From NCBI RefSeq assembly GCF_001194135.2, contig NC_068990.1, forward strand, positions 68,042,494-68,106,493: 64,000 nucleotides of DNA, written 5' to 3'. The notes under the pieces were generated by a model. The model was not told the origin of the DNA, searched no databases, and saw nothing but the letters and a program-made list of their open reading frames with translations. The stretch comes from Octopus bimaculoides. Taxonomy: Eukaryota. The translations under genes and the position numbers were made by a program. Positions 63,308-64,000 of this stretch are shown here, in pieces (positions within the stretch are counted from its first letter, which is position 1; the number at the start of each line of letters is the position of its first letter).

Positions 63308-64000
63308 CACATAATACATGCGGTGAGTGTGCCCTGATATGACTTCAGTGATACGTAGATTCAGTCTGTTACTCAGTAATACATGCATAACCAGAAAGAG
63401 AAATCCTTATTTACTTTAGTAAGTGCACATATGCCAATATACATTATCAGTACACAGGTGCACTATCTCCAACTCTACCTTGATGCATTTACTATTTAAA
63501 TACCTGATTCTTTCAAATCTTGAAAAGTTATATACATATTAATATGAACATATATAAATCATAGTCACAGACAGTACTAATGGCACGTAAAAAGCACCTG
63601 TGATGGTGACACATAAAAGACACCCACTACAATCTTGGAGTGGTTGGTGTTAGGAACGGTATACAACCATAGAAACCAAGCCAAAATCAGACTGGAACCT
63701 GGTACAGCTCTCTGGTTTGCCAACTTCAGACAAACCGTCAGCATACAAAATGAGTGTTAAATGATGATGATCATGATGATATACACACACACACGCACAT
63801 AAAACAACAAAAGTACAGGATACATTTACAGTCAATCAATTTTATTAGTTTGATGCTGAAGGAAGACTGGAGACAGTAAAGAATATTACATTACAGACTT
63901 AGTCATTTTTCAGATAATTGACAACAGTACAGGAGAAACTGGGAAGATAAAGAACAGAAGAAGAAAGAGGGATAAAAAAACAGAATGATGGAAAATATGC

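Overview
AT-rich, repeat-saturated eukaryotic (metazoan) DNA with 14 N-gaps. The repeat landscape resembles a cephalopod such as Octopus; this is inference only. No intact protein-coding gene can be supported. Almost all ORF-track entries are microsatellite, gap or chance ORFs; two short phase-compatible minus-strand exon candidates are the only hint of a host gene. Content: (i) at least four tRNA-headed SINE families; (ii) decayed LINEs: two R4/Dong-like (RT + restriction-like endonuclease), three RTE 3' ends plus many free RTE-type tails, three CR1/L2 3' ends; (iii) DNA transposons: a full-length decayed DD41D (rosa-type) Tc1/mariner, a DD34D mariner remnant, a 568-bp fold-back element, piggyBac-like and hAT-like MITEs; (iv) many microsatellites and several local inverted duplications. 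The most interesting signal is a set of minimal type-I hammerhead-ribozyme (HHR)-like motifs (CUGANGA...GAAAC-palindrome-GUH) from several unrelated repeat families, often in outward-facing inverted pairs. The clearest is an 821-bp Penelope-like palindrome with a 12-bp target-site duplication, in which each arm has a tRNA-derived Pol III cassette just upstream of the HHR. Two core-intact HHRs also lie in tandem ~370 nt apart at 8.1-8.5 kb. Activity is untested and Penelope-associated HHRs are a known class; the Pol III cassette, the tandem pair and the family-specific stem-III palindromes are what merit follow-up.
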